In this document: positions 28,111-38,278 of the stretch, one piece after another | Position numbering within the stretch: position 1 is the first letter of the stretch | Layout of the letters: each line of letters opens with the position of its first letter | Virus record (IMG/VR): IMGVR_UViG_3300029305_011549 | Location: 2,725-66,724 of that record | DNA length: 64,000 nucleotides | From: a virus | Lineage: Duplodnaviria; Caudoviricetes | Reading direction: 5' to 3' (one strand) | Notes under the pieces: model-generated | Databases searched by the model: none | The model's input: the letters and a program-made list of their open reading frames with translations, nothing else | What the model was told of the DNA's origin: nothing | Made by a program: the position numbers and the translations under genes

Positions 28111-28527
28111 AAAACAGAACCGGTCAAGACTCTCAACGATGCTCAAACCGACCGGACTTTCAGGAGAGGCTGGTTCCAGTCTCTCCTATTAAATTAACAC
28201 CTAAGAGGAGATATAAAGTTTTGTTAAACAGATTTCAAAATGGGACAATCGTGGATTTTCAGGCCGGTGAAGATCTGGAAAATAACGATCTTTACATTGT
28301 AGATCCGGAAACGAGGAAAATTCGTAAACCGAGGGACTGTGATGAGTGGCTGACATGTCAGTTGGTTTATGTAAATAACGTAGCTCCATACGGTGACAAT
28401 ATCATTATAAAGGATGAGTGGTGCCGCTGTTGGATTGGATATCTGGTGATATAAATGCTCTGGATTGCAGAAATGATAAAAAGAGCAAGATGTGCTCATG
28501 TAAGATTGTAAATGATGAGGTGAAGTT

Positions 28528-28887
28528 TTGATTAGGAAAATAAATAGAATGATCTCCATACTGCTGGTGGTGGGTTTCACAATTACGCTTGTCGGCTGTG
28601 CTTCCGTCATCAGTGTCGAGTACGAAGATGTAAGTGTAACCATCGTGGATGAATATCACAGAGGTGCGTGGGCACAACCTGTTTTTATCGGAAAAATAAT
28701 AACCGTTGTTAGACATCCTGCTACATGGCAAATCACCGTCGAGTATAATGGTGTTGAATATACGGTTAGTGGCAGCGATACATACAATAAGTATAAAGAT
28801 AAGATTGGTCAGACCGTAATTGGCGAATTAGAAACAAAGACTTACGATGACGGCACGAAAAAATACGATATTGTGTCTCTGAAATGA
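28528..28887 (+). CDS. Putative lipoprotein
   Basis: Signal peptide with LVGC lipobox. Confidence 0.6.
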   Translation: MIRKINRMISILLVVGFTITLVGCASVISVEYEDVSVTIVDEYHRGAWAQPVFIGKIITVVRHPATWQITVEYNGVEYTVSGSDTYNKYKDKIGQTVIGELETKTYDDGTKKYDIVSLK

Positions 28888-29083
28888 TAACTATAATGGT
28901 TTTTGAGGTTAACATATGAACACATTTTCTGGAAAGATTCTATGCTGGATTAACTATTATAGAAATAGAAATCATCATATGAGAAACTTTTTATCTCCGC
29001 AAGATTTTGGTGCATATTGTGGCATTCAAGATAAATGGTGGTATATTTAACAATTATAAAAAGCGTATTTTTTGAGGTAGATT

Positions 29084-29428
29084 ATGTACTTTATTAAAGA
29101 CGATGTGAGATTAAAAAATCTGGAGAAATACGGATTCAAAATTGGCAGAGAAATTCCCGATAACGAAAGATGCATTTGTAATGATTCTGAAAGAGATGAT
29201 TATTGGTTGATTCCAATGAATCCCGATGAGCCTGAGAAAGTTTACTATGCAGATGCTGATTTTGACCAGCCCATTTGGAGTATCCATATTCAGAGCAGTA
29301 GAAGAATGTGGATTGAGTGTGTTCCCAGTTGTACTTATCATATTGATAACATGGATATGGATAAAATGTTCTTTGTTCTTAAGTGTATGATTGAAGACGG
29401 TCTTATTACAGATGATTATATAGGTTAA
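29084..29428 (+). CDS. Hypothetical protein (AT-rich)
   Basis: RBS GAGG. Confidence 0.6.
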   Translation: MYFIKDDVRLKNLEKYGFKIGREIPDNERCICNDSERDDYWLIPMNPDEPEKVYYADADFDQPIWSIHIQSSRRMWIECVPSCTYHIDNMDMDKMFFVLKCMIEDGLITDDYIG

Positions 29429-29452
29429 AAGCATATTTTATTAGGTAAAGAT

Positions 29453-29815
29453 ATGGAACTTGTTTATTTTGAACTAAATGATTGGTTTGCTGGCAGTGAC
29501 TATCCAAATGATGAACCTTTTCTTTCTTGGATGGCAAGATACTTGTTTAGAGATGAAGATTGGGTAAAAGAAAACAAATTGGTAGTTGTGGAATCTCATG
29601 TTGATATGTCTCTAAATTATTGTATTACAGCTACGAAAGAATGGGTGCAGCAAAATTGTTCTGAGTTGTTAACTAAGTATAGTCAATTTGTTAGATATGG
29701 CGAAGAAGATGACGAGCTGCCTGAAGGAAGATTTGGATGTCCATTTTTAGAATATAATGAAGATAATATAGGCTGGCATTATGCCGAAGAAAAGGAAGAT
29801 GGCTTTTTGTTATGA
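29453..29815 (+). CDS. Hypothetical protein (AT-rich)
   Basis: ORF in co-oriented run. Confidence 0.6.
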   Translation: MELVYFELNDWFAGSDYPNDEPFLSWMARYLFRDEDWVKENKLVVVESHVDMSLNYCITATKEWVQQNCSELLTKYSQFVRYGEEDDELPEGRFGCPFLEYNEDNIGWHYAEEKEDGFLL

Positions 29816-29917
29816 AAAACCAACAGATTTTTGTCACAGACATTTGGTTGCTAAATGGCTTCGTGAGAATGGTTTCAAGTGCGAAGAGTTGCAATTTTGA
29901 GAGGAGGTGTGGGATCC

Positions 29918-30133
29918 GTGGTTACAAAAGAATATCAGTTTCCCAAAATAACCGAAGAGATGCACAATAAGATAGCTGTCTGGTATGAAACGCACAATGA
30001 CGGCAAGTGCGCAACAGGTTATCACGGAGCCATCGGCGGAGACGTCGTGTTTGAAATTGTATCAACAAGCATCGGTGACTTTTTGACCGTGAAATGCTCC
30101 TGTGGTGCATCCATTCACTTTGAAGAATTATAA
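29918..30133 (+). CDS. Small hypothetical protein
   Basis: RBS GAGGAGG, GTG start. Confidence 0.55.
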   Translation: MVTKEYQFPKITEEMHNKIAVWYETHNDGKCATGYHGAIGGDVVFEIVSTSIGDFLTVKCSCGASIHFEEL

Positions 30134-30144
30134 AAGGAGTTCGT

Positions 30145-30570
30145 ATGAAAAGATCTATATTGTTTTTCATCACGGTATGTATTTGTTTTTCCGTCCTCGG
30201 ATGCGATATGAAAAAGGATATTCTGAATGAGGAAATCCAAACCCTCGAAGGGCAGATTGCCGCACTGCAGTCGGAAAAGAAACAGATTGAACAGGACATT
30301 CAAAATCTGAAGGGCGTAAAAGTCGAAATGGGTATCGCCAAATATATCGTAACATTTGAAATCAAGCAGAAGCATTATAATCTGAGTCTTGGGGAATATT
30401 TCAAAGATCAGATGAATGCGTTCACAATTCAAATTCCCGTAGACAAAGAGTTTTACGACAGCGTTGCGATTGGCGACGTGATTACCAATAAGTTCAGAGT
30501 AGGCTCATGGGTTTTATACGGTTCATTCGGCGGTTGGAATATTACCGTAGATGATAAATACATCCAGTAA
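30145..30570 (+). CDS. Putative lipoprotein with coiled coil
   Basis: VLGC lipobox after a hydrophobic stretch. Confidence 0.6.
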   Translation: MKRSILFFITVCICFSVLGCDMKKDILNEEIQTLEGQIAALQSEKKQIEQDIQNLKGVKVEMGIAKYIVTFEIKQKHYNLSLGEYFKDQMNAFTIQIPVDKEFYDSVAIGDVITNKFRVGSWVLYGSFGGWNITVDDKYIQ

Positions 30571-30599
30571 TCAATCAGAACAAGAAAGGAATAGCAGAC

Positions 30600-30830
30600 A
30601 TGAAAGTTTCGGAAATGATCAAAAACCTCCGGAAGTTCGAAGAGGAACACGGCGATCTCGATTGCTACTACGGCATCGACGACGAGGGTAACGCTTTCTA
30701 CGAAGTGTTCTTCGCGCCTTCGCTGTACTACATCGATTCATTCGGCGAGATTTTTCACTACGACCCGAGTGACAGCGAATATACGGAAGAAGAAGTGGCA
30801 TCCTTTGAGAAAATCTGTGTTGTGAATTAA
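30600..30830 (+). CDS. Small hypothetical protein
   Basis: ORF with phage-like codon use. Confidence 0.6.
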   Translation: MKVSEMIKNLRKFEEEHGDLDCYYGIDDEGNAFYEVFFAPSLYYIDSFGEIFHYDPSDSEYTEEEVASFEKICVVN

Positions 30831-30859
30831 CACGGTTTTTCCAAAATTCTCCAAAACGA

Positions 30860-30888
30860 TTGAAATATACAGAAAGGTGTGGTATAAT
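30860..30888 (+). promoter_or_regulatory. SigA-type promoter TTGAAA-N17-TATAAT with extended TG
   Basis: Direct match upstream of 30919. Confidence 0.7.
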
Positions 30889-30918
30889 TATTAAAAATCA
30901 AAAGGTGGTATTACGGCA

Positions 30919-31299
30919 ATGAGTGAAGAAGTACGTAGCCCGCAGGACGAGCTTTCCGACGAACTGAGTGAGATTGCGGAAATATACGATAATTACCTGA
31001 AAGCGTTTTCGGAAAGCGACACAGAACTCGATGTGCGGCAGATGGAAAAATTGCAGTTCTGCGAGTCTGTCATGAGAAAGATCACACACGGAGATAACGT
31101 GGAAATCCATACGGAAACATCCCCGGATTTTCCTGATGGATCTGTTATTATCAGAGGAAATAATCTTCGCTTTACAAATCCGGAGTGGTTTTCCCGTGCG
31201 GCGCAGTTCTCTGACGAATTTGAAGTTGAAGCGCTCGCAGATAATGCTGTTCGTATGGAATTTGTTTTCCGTGATGTGTATAAAGAGACGGAGGCATAA
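30919..31299 (+). CDS. Hypothetical protein (putative paralog family A)
   Basis: Similar length and C-terminal pattern to 31303, 37890 and 38279. Confidence 0.65.
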   Translation: MSEEVRSPQDELSDELSEIAEIYDNYLKAFSESDTELDVRQMEKLQFCESVMRKITHGDNVEIHTETSPDFPDGSVIIRGNNLRFTNPEWFSRAAQFSDEFEVEALADNAVRMEFVFRDVYKETEA

Positions 31300-31302
31300 A
31301 GA

Positions 31303-31644
31303 GTGCTGAATATATTCGAACAGGCGGTTAATACGGTGCATATGTATGCCGCCATCAAACATATTAACAGAAAGTCCACACTCGAAGTAAGCGACCGTTT
31401 TCTTCTCACCTGTAAGGAAATTTCAGACTTCGCTCGAAAAAACGATGTAGAGCAGTGCTTTTTCAGCGTGAATCCGAAAACAAGTTCTCTGGTTATTCAG
31501 ATGCATATGTTTGAAATGTATGCAAAGAGAGGGAGGACGGATTTGTTCTTCAACATCATCAGAGAAACAAGCGAATTTGTTTTCAGAAAAATTGACGGTG
31601 AAACCATTTGCCTGGAACTTTCTTTCCCGTTCCAGTGGATCTGA
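31303..31644 (+). CDS. Hypothetical protein (putative paralog family A)
   Basis: Same length class and C-terminal pattern as 30919. Confidence 0.65.
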   Translation: MLNIFEQAVNTVHMYAAIKHINRKSTLEVSDRFLLTCKEISDFARKNDVEQCFFSVNPKTSSLVIQMHMFEMYAKRGRTDLFFNIIRETSEFVFRKIDGETICLELSFPFQWI

Positions 31645-31709
31645 ACATAATAATAAACCAAGCTGTCGTGCTTTTCAGTACGGCAGTTTTTCTATTCTGT
31701 GGAGGTTAT

Positions 31710-31964
31710 ATGAAAGTAAAGGATTTTTTACAGTACATAAAAGATAACGATATTTCAGAGGATGCCGATATTCTGATCGAGGCAGACTACGCGCAGAGTG
31801 AGGAGTTCGCAAACCATCTGATTGTATCCCGCTCTCCGGCAGGCTATCACCCGGACTCTATGATTTTTGAGTTTGATGGATACGAGCGCGTATACGACGA
31901 TGACGCATTGAATGCGTACGATCGGGACGCCGCCATCACATCGGTTCTGATCTCGTCTCTTTGA
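31710..31964 (+). CDS. Hypothetical protein
   Basis: RBS GGAGG. Confidence 0.6.
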   Translation: MKVKDFLQYIKDNDISEDADILIEADYAQSEEFANHLIVSRSPAGYHPDSMIFEFDGYERVYDDDALNAYDRDAAITSVLISSL

Positions 31965-32170
31965 GGAGGAATGCTTATGAGGTGGCACAACCCGCAAAGA
32001 GGAGATTACAGAATCATCGTAACATTTCTGCTTTTGCCAAGAACCATAGATGAGGAAACACGGTGGCTTGAGGTTTGTTATATCAAACAAAGATACAGCG
32101 GCTGGTCATGGGATGACTGGTCGTTTGTCGAAAAGTGTGATTACGAAAATTATAAGAAAACAAGGGAGGC

Positions 32171-32716
32171 GTGAGTATGACAGAGCGTTTAATTTCTCTG
32201 CTCCGGGAGAAAAACATGAAGATCGCAACAGCAGAGTCGTGTACCGGCGGTCTTCTTGCATCCAAGCTCACATCCGTTCCCGGCGCGTCCCGGGTTTTTG
32301 AGTACGGGTTTGTTACATATTCCGAGGGCGCAAAGCAGAAGCTGATCGGTGTAAATGAGGAGACACTCCGCCGGCATTCCGTATACTCGTCCGCCGTCGC
32401 CGAGGAAATGGCAGTAGGATGTATGGAGGCGGCAGGCGCCGATGTCGGTATCGGTATCACAGGCGTCGCCGGAACCGAGCCGGAGATCGTCATGGTTGAC
32501 GGCGTCCCGACCACAGTTGATCCCGGTACTGTGTATATTGCATGCTGCTGTAAGCGAGATGGATGTACGACAGTGAAAGTACAGCGATTCATGAAGAGCG
32601 CCTGCGCACGCATCGGTGACGGTTTCAGGGAAATCATCAGAGAAAATGCATCCGACTTTGCGATCGAAATCGCAATCGAGGAGATTGAGAGGTGTACCAA
32701 TGACACAAAGTCTTGA
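32171..32716 (+). CDS. CinA C-terminal / NMN deamidase (PncC-like)
   Basis: IATAESCTGGLLA...PGAS...GFVTYS..K...GIGITGVAG. Confidence 0.88.
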   Translation: MSMTERLISLLREKNMKIATAESCTGGLLASKLTSVPGASRVFEYGFVTYSEGAKQKLIGVNEETLRRHSVYSSAVAEEMAVGCMEAAGADVGIGITGVAGTEPEIVMVDGVPTTVDPGTVYIACCCKRDGCTTVKVQRFMKSACARIGDGFREIIRENASDFAIEIAIEEIERCTNDTKS

Positions 32717-33515
32717 CGACAGAATGAAACAGTATGAGTATGTCACACGGACATACTTGACAAGAAAAATCCCGGCGATCATCCGTATCGACGGTAAGGC
32801 ATTTCGTACCTTCACCCGTGGCTTTCAGAAGCCGTTTGACAGGGTTTTCATGACGGCAATGCAGATGACTATGAAGTCGCTTTGCGAGCAAATCCAGGGC
32901 TGTGTGTTCGGTTATACACAGTCTGATGAGATCACGCTCGTTCTGACGGATTACGCAAACGAAGAAACAGACGCATGGTTTGGCTATAACATCCAGAAGA
33001 TGGCAAGTATCGCAGCATCCATGGCAACGATGTATTTCAACAAACACTTCAAGGATGCTGTCTCTCTCTGGCGATCGGAGAACGCCGAAACAGCGTCCGA
33101 GAACGGAGATTACCTGACAGCGCTTTGTAAGAGATATGACTGTGCCATGTTTGATGCAAGGGTTTTCAGCCTTCCGAAAGAGGAGGTTTGCAACTGTCTG
33201 ATCTGGCGTCAGCGTGATGCGGTCCGCAACAGCGTGCAGGCAGTCGGCCAGGCGTATTTCAGCGCAAAGCAAATGGAAGGAAAATCCAACGCCGAGGTAA
33301 AAGAAATGCTTTCCAGAGAACACGGCGTTGAGTGGGAGCGGTTTTTCAATGACTGCAAAAGAGGTGCGTGCTGCCGGAGAGAGGTAAGACGGGTGGAGAT
33401 GGATAATCCGAGATGTCCCGGCATGAGAATCACGGTTGAGCGCAGCGTGTGGGTGATCGACCGTGACACACCGCTATTCTCGGAGTGCAGAGCTTATGTG
33501 GAAGGGAGACTGTAA
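32700..33515 (+). CDS. tRNA(His) guanylyltransferase Thg1-like
   Basis: IIRIDGKAF, GYTQSDEITLV, FDARVF, WRQRDAVRNS. Confidence 0.9.
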   Translation: MTQSLDDRMKQYEYVTRTYLTRKIPAIIRIDGKAFRTFTRGFQKPFDRVFMTAMQMTMKSLCEQIQGCVFGYTQSDEITLVLTDYANEETDAWFGYNIQKMASIAASMATMYFNKHFKDAVSLWRSENAETASENGDYLTALCKRYDCAMFDARVFSLPKEEVCNCLIWRQRDAVRNSVQAVGQAYFSAKQMEGKSNAEVKEMLSREHGVEWERFFNDCKRGACCRREVRRVEMDNPRCPGMRITVERSVWVIDRDTPLFSECRAYVEGRL

Positions 33516-33518
33516 GGT

Positions 33519-34106
33519 ATGAATAAGAATAAGATTTTTTATATCGCCGATCTGCATTTCGGACATAAGAACATTATCCGATATGATAACAGACCGTTTT
33601 CCACAGTGGAGGAAATGGATCAGGCGCTGATCGAAAACTGGAATGCGCGTGTCTCGAATAACGATGAGGTATACGTACTCGGTGATATCGGATGGTATGA
33701 CGACAATAAGCTCGCAGAAATTTTCTCTGGATTAAACGGCATCAAAACATTGATTCGCGGCAATCACGACAGAGGTGCAACACCGATTCTGTACAGAGCG
33801 CACTGCTTCGACGCATATAAGGATTATCTTGAAATTGAGGATAACGGAACCAGGGTCATCATGTCTCATTACCCGATTCCGTTCTGGAACGGGCAGTTCC
33901 GTAATTCCGTGCATCTGTACGGTCATGTGCATAATTCTCATCAGTGGAATTATATGGAGAATATCAGACGTGAGCTTTCCGAACTGCAGGATATTCCGAT
34001 GCGGATGTATAATGTCGGATGTATGATGCCGTATATGAATTACACACCGATGACACTTAACGAAGTCATCGCCGGTTATAATGCCTATAAGGAGACAAAT
34101 GTGTGA
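33519..34106 (+). CDS. Metallophosphoesterase
   Basis: IADLHFGH, LGDI, RGNHD, HYP, HLYGHVH. Confidence 0.88.
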   Translation: MNKNKIFYIADLHFGHKNIIRYDNRPFSTVEEMDQALIENWNARVSNNDEVYVLGDIGWYDDNKLAEIFSGLNGIKTLIRGNHDRGATPILYRAHCFDAYKDYLEIEDNGTRVIMSHYPIPFWNGQFRNSVHLYGHVHNSHQWNYMENIRRELSELQDIPMRMYNVGCMMPYMNYTPMTLNEVIAGYNAYKETNV

Positions 34107-35245
34107 TATATCTTGACAACGCCGCGACTACGCAGATACATCCGAAGGTGTTAAAAGCCATGCTTCCGTTTTTGCTGGAGCAGTACGGGAATGCAGGCAC
34201 AAAATACCGTCTCGGCCGTGATGCGGCAGATGGTATCCGCCGAGCCAGAGAACACGTGGCACAGTTTTTGAACTGTGAGCCGGAACAGATCATCTTCACA
34301 TCCGGCGGAACCGAGGCAAATAACCTTGCACTCGCAGGGTCTTATGATTACCTTGCATCAAACGGAAAAAGCACCATTATGTCGTCACATGAGGAGCACG
34401 ACTCCGTTCTGAGGACACTCGATTATCTCGCAGAAAAACGAGGCGCGACCATACTGTACAGACATATCCACAATGACGGTATTCCAACACCGGAGTCCTT
34501 GCAGAACGTCGGCCTTGCTTCGTTTATGTATGTCAATAACGAAACAGGAGATGAAACCGACGTTGAGATGATCGGGCATTACTGCAAGCAGCTCGGTGTG
34601 CTTTTTCATACCGACTGCACCCAGGCAGCAGCTTCGAAACGGCTTGATGTCAATCAGATCGGATGTGATCTTTTGACCATCTCCTCTCATAAGATTTTCG
34701 GTCCGAAGGGAATCGGCGCTTTGTATGTCCGGGATAAATCAAAGCTGTCACCGATTCTCCATGGCGGCAGCGGACAGGAGTTCGGTGTCCGTGCCGGTAC
34801 GGAAAACGTCGCCGCAATCCTCGGATTTGCAGAGGCATGTGATATCATCCGGTATGAAACGGATTATACTACTGCCGGTAAACTCATGTCGCATTTTCTG
34901 AAACACCTCCATACGATGCTTGAATCAAAAGGTCTCTCGGATCGTATGAAAATCAACAGCGACGGATGCGCACAAAGCATCGTCAATATCGGATTTGAGG
35001 GAGTTGATGCAGAAACCCTGCTGTATGCGCTGGACAACCGCGGTGTCTGCGTGTCTGCCGGTGCGGCGTGTTCTTCGGGTGAGTCAAAACCGAGCCATGT
35101 CCTGCTTGCAAAGGGGATTTCACCGGAGCTTGCGAGAAGCTCCATCCGTATTTCACTTTCTGTCCTCAGCAGATTTGAAGATGTTATGAGGGCAGCAGAA
35201 ATTATCGCAGATACAGTAGAATCACTATATTCAATCAATCGATAA
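34103..35245 (+). CDS. iscS: Cysteine desulfurase (IscS/NifS)
   Basis: YLDNAATT, FTSGGTEANN, HTDCTQ, SSHKIFGPKG, GTENV, SAGAACSS. Confidence 0.92.
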   Translation: MIYLDNAATTQIHPKVLKAMLPFLLEQYGNAGTKYRLGRDAADGIRRAREHVAQFLNCEPEQIIFTSGGTEANNLALAGSYDYLASNGKSTIMSSHEEHDSVLRTLDYLAEKRGATILYRHIHNDGIPTPESLQNVGLASFMYVNNETGDETDVEMIGHYCKQLGVLFHTDCTQAAASKRLDVNQIGCDLLTISSHKIFGPKGIGALYVRDKSKLSPILHGGSGQEFGVRAGTENVAAILGFAEACDIIRYETDYTTAGKLMSHFLKHLHTMLESKGLSDRMKINSDGCAQSIVNIGFEGVDAETLLYALDNRGVCVSAGAACSSGESKPSHVLLAKGISPELARSSIRISLSVLSRFEDVMRAAEIIADTVESLYSINR

Positions 35246-35263
35246 AACAGGAGGGATTACATC

Positions 35264-36286
35264 TTGACAGTCGAACAAATCAAATCCATGATCGCAGAAC
35301 CGCAGTACGATTTTCTTCGAACCAACGAGCACGTCAAAAACCGTCTGATCTTTCTGACGCTTGGTGGGAGCCATGCTTACGGAACCAACGTAGAATCATC
35401 TGATGTCGATATTCGTGGCTGTGCACTTAACCGTGCTTCCGACTTAATCGGCCTGTCGAATTTCGAACAGCTGGTAAATGAAGAAACAGATACCACAGTT
35501 TATGCGTTCAATAAGCTGATTTCGCTTCTTCTAAGCTGTAATCCAAACACCATCGAAATGCTTGGCTGCAAACCGGAGCATTATCTCGTCATGACAGAGA
35601 TTGGACAGCAGATGATCGAGAACCGCGGGTTGTTTTTGTCACAGCGAGCAATCAATGCGTTCGGTGGATATGCTACACAGCAGCTGCGCCGTCTGGAAAA
35701 CGCACTCGCAAGAGGTAATATGGAACAGGCGAGAAAGGAAGAGCATATCCGAAACTCCATGGAGCGTGCGGTTTTCGCGTTTGAGCAGAAATACACAAAC
35801 TTCGAGAACGGCAGTATCGTGCTGTATACAGACAAGAGTACGCGGCCTGAGCTGGAACGTGAGGTTTTTGCCGATATCCGTCTTACACACTATCCCGCAA
35901 GAGAGTTGAACGGTATGCTGAATGAGATGGCAAATATTATCAAGGATTATGATAAGCTGAACGGCAGGAACAAAAAGAAAGACGATGCACATCTGAATAA
36001 ACATGCCATGCACCTGATCCGGTTGTATCTTATGTGTCTGGATATATTGGAGCGCGGGGAGATCCGAACGTACAGAGAGCATGACAGAGAGCAGCTCTTA
36101 AAGATCAGACAAGGTCAATTCCAAAAAGAAGACGGCACATTCCGTCCGGAATTCTTTGAGATGGTTTCCGCTTTTGAAAGAGCGCTTGATTATGCAAAAA
36201 AGAATACGAGCCTCCCGGAGCATCCGGACACGAAGCGCGTCGAGGAATTTGTCATGTCGGTAAACAGGAGGGTAATCTGTGAATGA
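35264..36286 (+). CDS. Pol-beta superfamily nucleotidyltransferase (RlaP/YcgL-like)
   Basis: GGSHAYGTNVESSDVDIRG, NPNTIEML, KHAMHLIRL. Confidence 0.8.
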   Translation: MTVEQIKSMIAEPQYDFLRTNEHVKNRLIFLTLGGSHAYGTNVESSDVDIRGCALNRASDLIGLSNFEQLVNEETDTTVYAFNKLISLLLSCNPNTIEMLGCKPEHYLVMTEIGQQMIENRGLFLSQRAINAFGGYATQQLRRLENALARGNMEQARKEEHIRNSMERAVFAFEQKYTNFENGSIVLYTDKSTRPELEREVFADIRLTHYPARELNGMLNEMANIIKDYDKLNGRNKKKDDAHLNKHAMHLIRLYLMCLDILERGEIRTYREHDREQLLKIRQGQFQKEDGTFRPEFFEMVSAFERALDYAKKNTSLPEHPDTKRVEEFVMSVNRRVICE

Positions 36287-37640
36287 AATCAGACTTCCGA
36301 ATGAAGTAAAGCTCATCATCAATACGCTGACCACACACGGTTTTTCCGCTTATGCGGTCGGCGGTTGTGTCAGAGACGCCCTGCGCGGCACAGAGCCTCA
36401 TGATTGGGATATCTGTACGTCGGCTCCTCCCGAAAAAATCAAGGAGGTTTTCGCCAAATACAGAACCGTCGATACCGGAATCCGTCACGGTACCATCACC
36501 GTCGTGATGTCCTGCGGTTCGTATGAGGTGACAACCTTCCGTATTGACGGTGTGTATTCGGACGGTCGTCATCCGGATACGGTTACCTTTACAGACAGCA
36601 TCGTCGAAGATCTCTCCCGCCGCGATTTTACCATCAATGCCATGGCGTACAATCCGGACAAAGGTCTGTTCGACCCGTTCGGCGGCAGACACGATCTTGC
36701 ACATGGAATCATCCGCTGCGTCGGATGTTCGACAGACAGATTCAATGAAGACCCGCTGCGCATCCTGCGTGCAATGCGTTTCGCCTCGGTTTTTAACTTC
36801 GATATTCATCCGGACACAAAAGATGCGATCCGCTTTTGCAGAGGGCGGCTATGCGAGGTGTCAAAGGAACGGATTGCGGCAGAGCTTTCCAGGATGCTCG
36901 TCGGATGTAATATTGCATCGGTCATGCTGGACTTCCCGGATGTGTTCTCCGAGATCATCCCGGAGCTTGGAGGATGTGTCGGATTCGACCAGAAGAATCC
37001 GCATCATAAGTATGATGTATATACACATATCGCTTACGCCGTTTTTTCATACGGCGAAGACGATTTATCTGTGAAGCTTGCGCTGTTCCTGCATGATATC
37101 GCAAAACCGATAATGTATACAGAGACAGATGACGGAATAAGAAGGTTTTTGGGTCATGAGCTGATCGGGGCGAAGATGGCAGAGAATATTCTGCGTCGTC
37201 TTCGGTATGATAACAAAACCATTGATGAAGTTGTCAGTCTGATCTTACATCATGACAGTAATATCGCAGATACCAATAAGTGTGTCAGACGCTGGATGAA
37301 CCGGATTGGCGAGCGGAGATTCGGGCAGCTTCTTGATGTCATGGAATCTGATGCGTGTGCAAAATCGGACGATGTATATATAAAAAAACGCGAACATCTT
37401 TCAAAAGTCAGATGTATTTATGAGGATATTTTGCTGAGCGGGATGTGTTTTTCCTTAAAAGATCTGAAGATTGACGGCAATGATATTCTGTATATCGGTC
37501 TGCCGCAGGGCAAGGCCATCGGCGAAATTCTCCGCTTTCTGCTCGACCGTGTGATTTCCGGTGAGATTGAAAACGACAGAGATGTGTTATTAAAGGAGGC
37601 TGGATTCCTTGTCGGGCAGTATCTTGATTCCAAAGAATGA
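36279..37640 (+). CDS. cca: CCA-adding tRNA nucleotidyltransferase with HD domain
   Basis: AVGGCVRD, HDWDI, EVTTFR, DLSRRDFTINAMA, EDPLRILR, LHDIAKP. Confidence 0.92.
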   Translation: MNEIRLPNEVKLIINTLTTHGFSAYAVGGCVRDALRGTEPHDWDICTSAPPEKIKEVFAKYRTVDTGIRHGTITVVMSCGSYEVTTFRIDGVYSDGRHPDTVTFTDSIVEDLSRRDFTINAMAYNPDKGLFDPFGGRHDLAHGIIRCVGCSTDRFNEDPLRILRAMRFASVFNFDIHPDTKDAIRFCRGRLCEVSKERIAAELSRMLVGCNIASVMLDFPDVFSEIIPELGGCVGFDQKNPHHKYDVYTHIAYAVFSYGEDDLSVKLALFLHDIAKPIMYTETDDGIRRFLGHELIGAKMAENILRRLRYDNKTIDEVVSLILHHDSNIADTNKCVRRWMNRIGERRFGQLLDVMESDACAKSDDVYIKKREHLSKVRCIYEDILLSGMCFSLKDLKIDGNDILYIGLPQGKAIGEILRFLLDRVISGEIENDRDVLLKEAGFLVGQYLDSKE

Positions 37641-37893
37641 ACAGCTGTGGACGACCTATAGAGACGAAGCAGGAAACGTGCGGTTCTTTGTGACATCTAC
37701 CGCACTCCGTGATTCATATATCATGTACCAGACAGAGGAAGGAGAATGCAAGAAGCTCGGGCGTGCATCATCTCCGACCGAGCTTGAAAATAAATACAGT
37801 ATATGGGGAAAACTTCGTGAGCAGACATTGCCAAAGAAAGAAAAACATGATATAATAAAAGAAAAACGAAGAAAACAGAGGAGCAAAGCATGA
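37609..37893 (+). CDS. Hypothetical protein
   Basis: ORF in run; start uncertain. Confidence 0.5.
   Translation: MSGSILIPKNEQLWTTYRDEAGNVRFFVTSTALRDSYIMYQTEEGECKKLGRASSPTELENKYSIWGKLREQTLPKKEKHDIIKEKRRKQRSKA
37828..37856 (+). promoter_or_regulatory. SigA-type promoter TTGCCA-N17-TATAAT with extended TG
   Basis: Direct match upstream of 37890. Confidence 0.65.
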
Positions 37894-38276
37894 ATAAAGA
37901 ATCATTTTCCGCATGGGAATTTCTCGCACTCATCGAGGACATCGAGAAGAACGGAGCCGCATCCGGAAATTACGCAGAGATCATCAATGACGAAAGAATG
38001 AAGGAGTTCTGCACAGCTGTAGAAATCGCAAAAAAGATTTCCGAAGAAACAGGCATGAAGATGTCAGTGAGGCCAGGTTCAGTTTTCAAAAATATTCCGT
38101 GTATCAGATTGACTGGTAAGCAGCTTGTTATGAGCGATTGCGAGGAATTTCTGAATCTTATGTCGGCGGCGTCAAATATTGATGTTTATCCGAAAACAGA
38201 TAAAACTATCACAATCGATTTTACATTTCACGGGTTAACCGAAGTTTTTGACCTCAACATCAAGGAGGAGAAATAA
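37890..38276 (+). CDS. Hypothetical protein (putative paralog family A)
   Basis: Same length class and C-terminal pattern as 30919. Confidence 0.65.
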   Translation: MNKESFSAWEFLALIEDIEKNGAASGNYAEIINDERMKEFCTAVEIAKKISEETGMKMSVRPGSVFKNIPCIRLTGKQLVMSDCEEFLNLMSAASNIDVYPKTDKTITIDFTFHGLTEVFDLNIKEEK

Positions 38277-38278
38277 TC

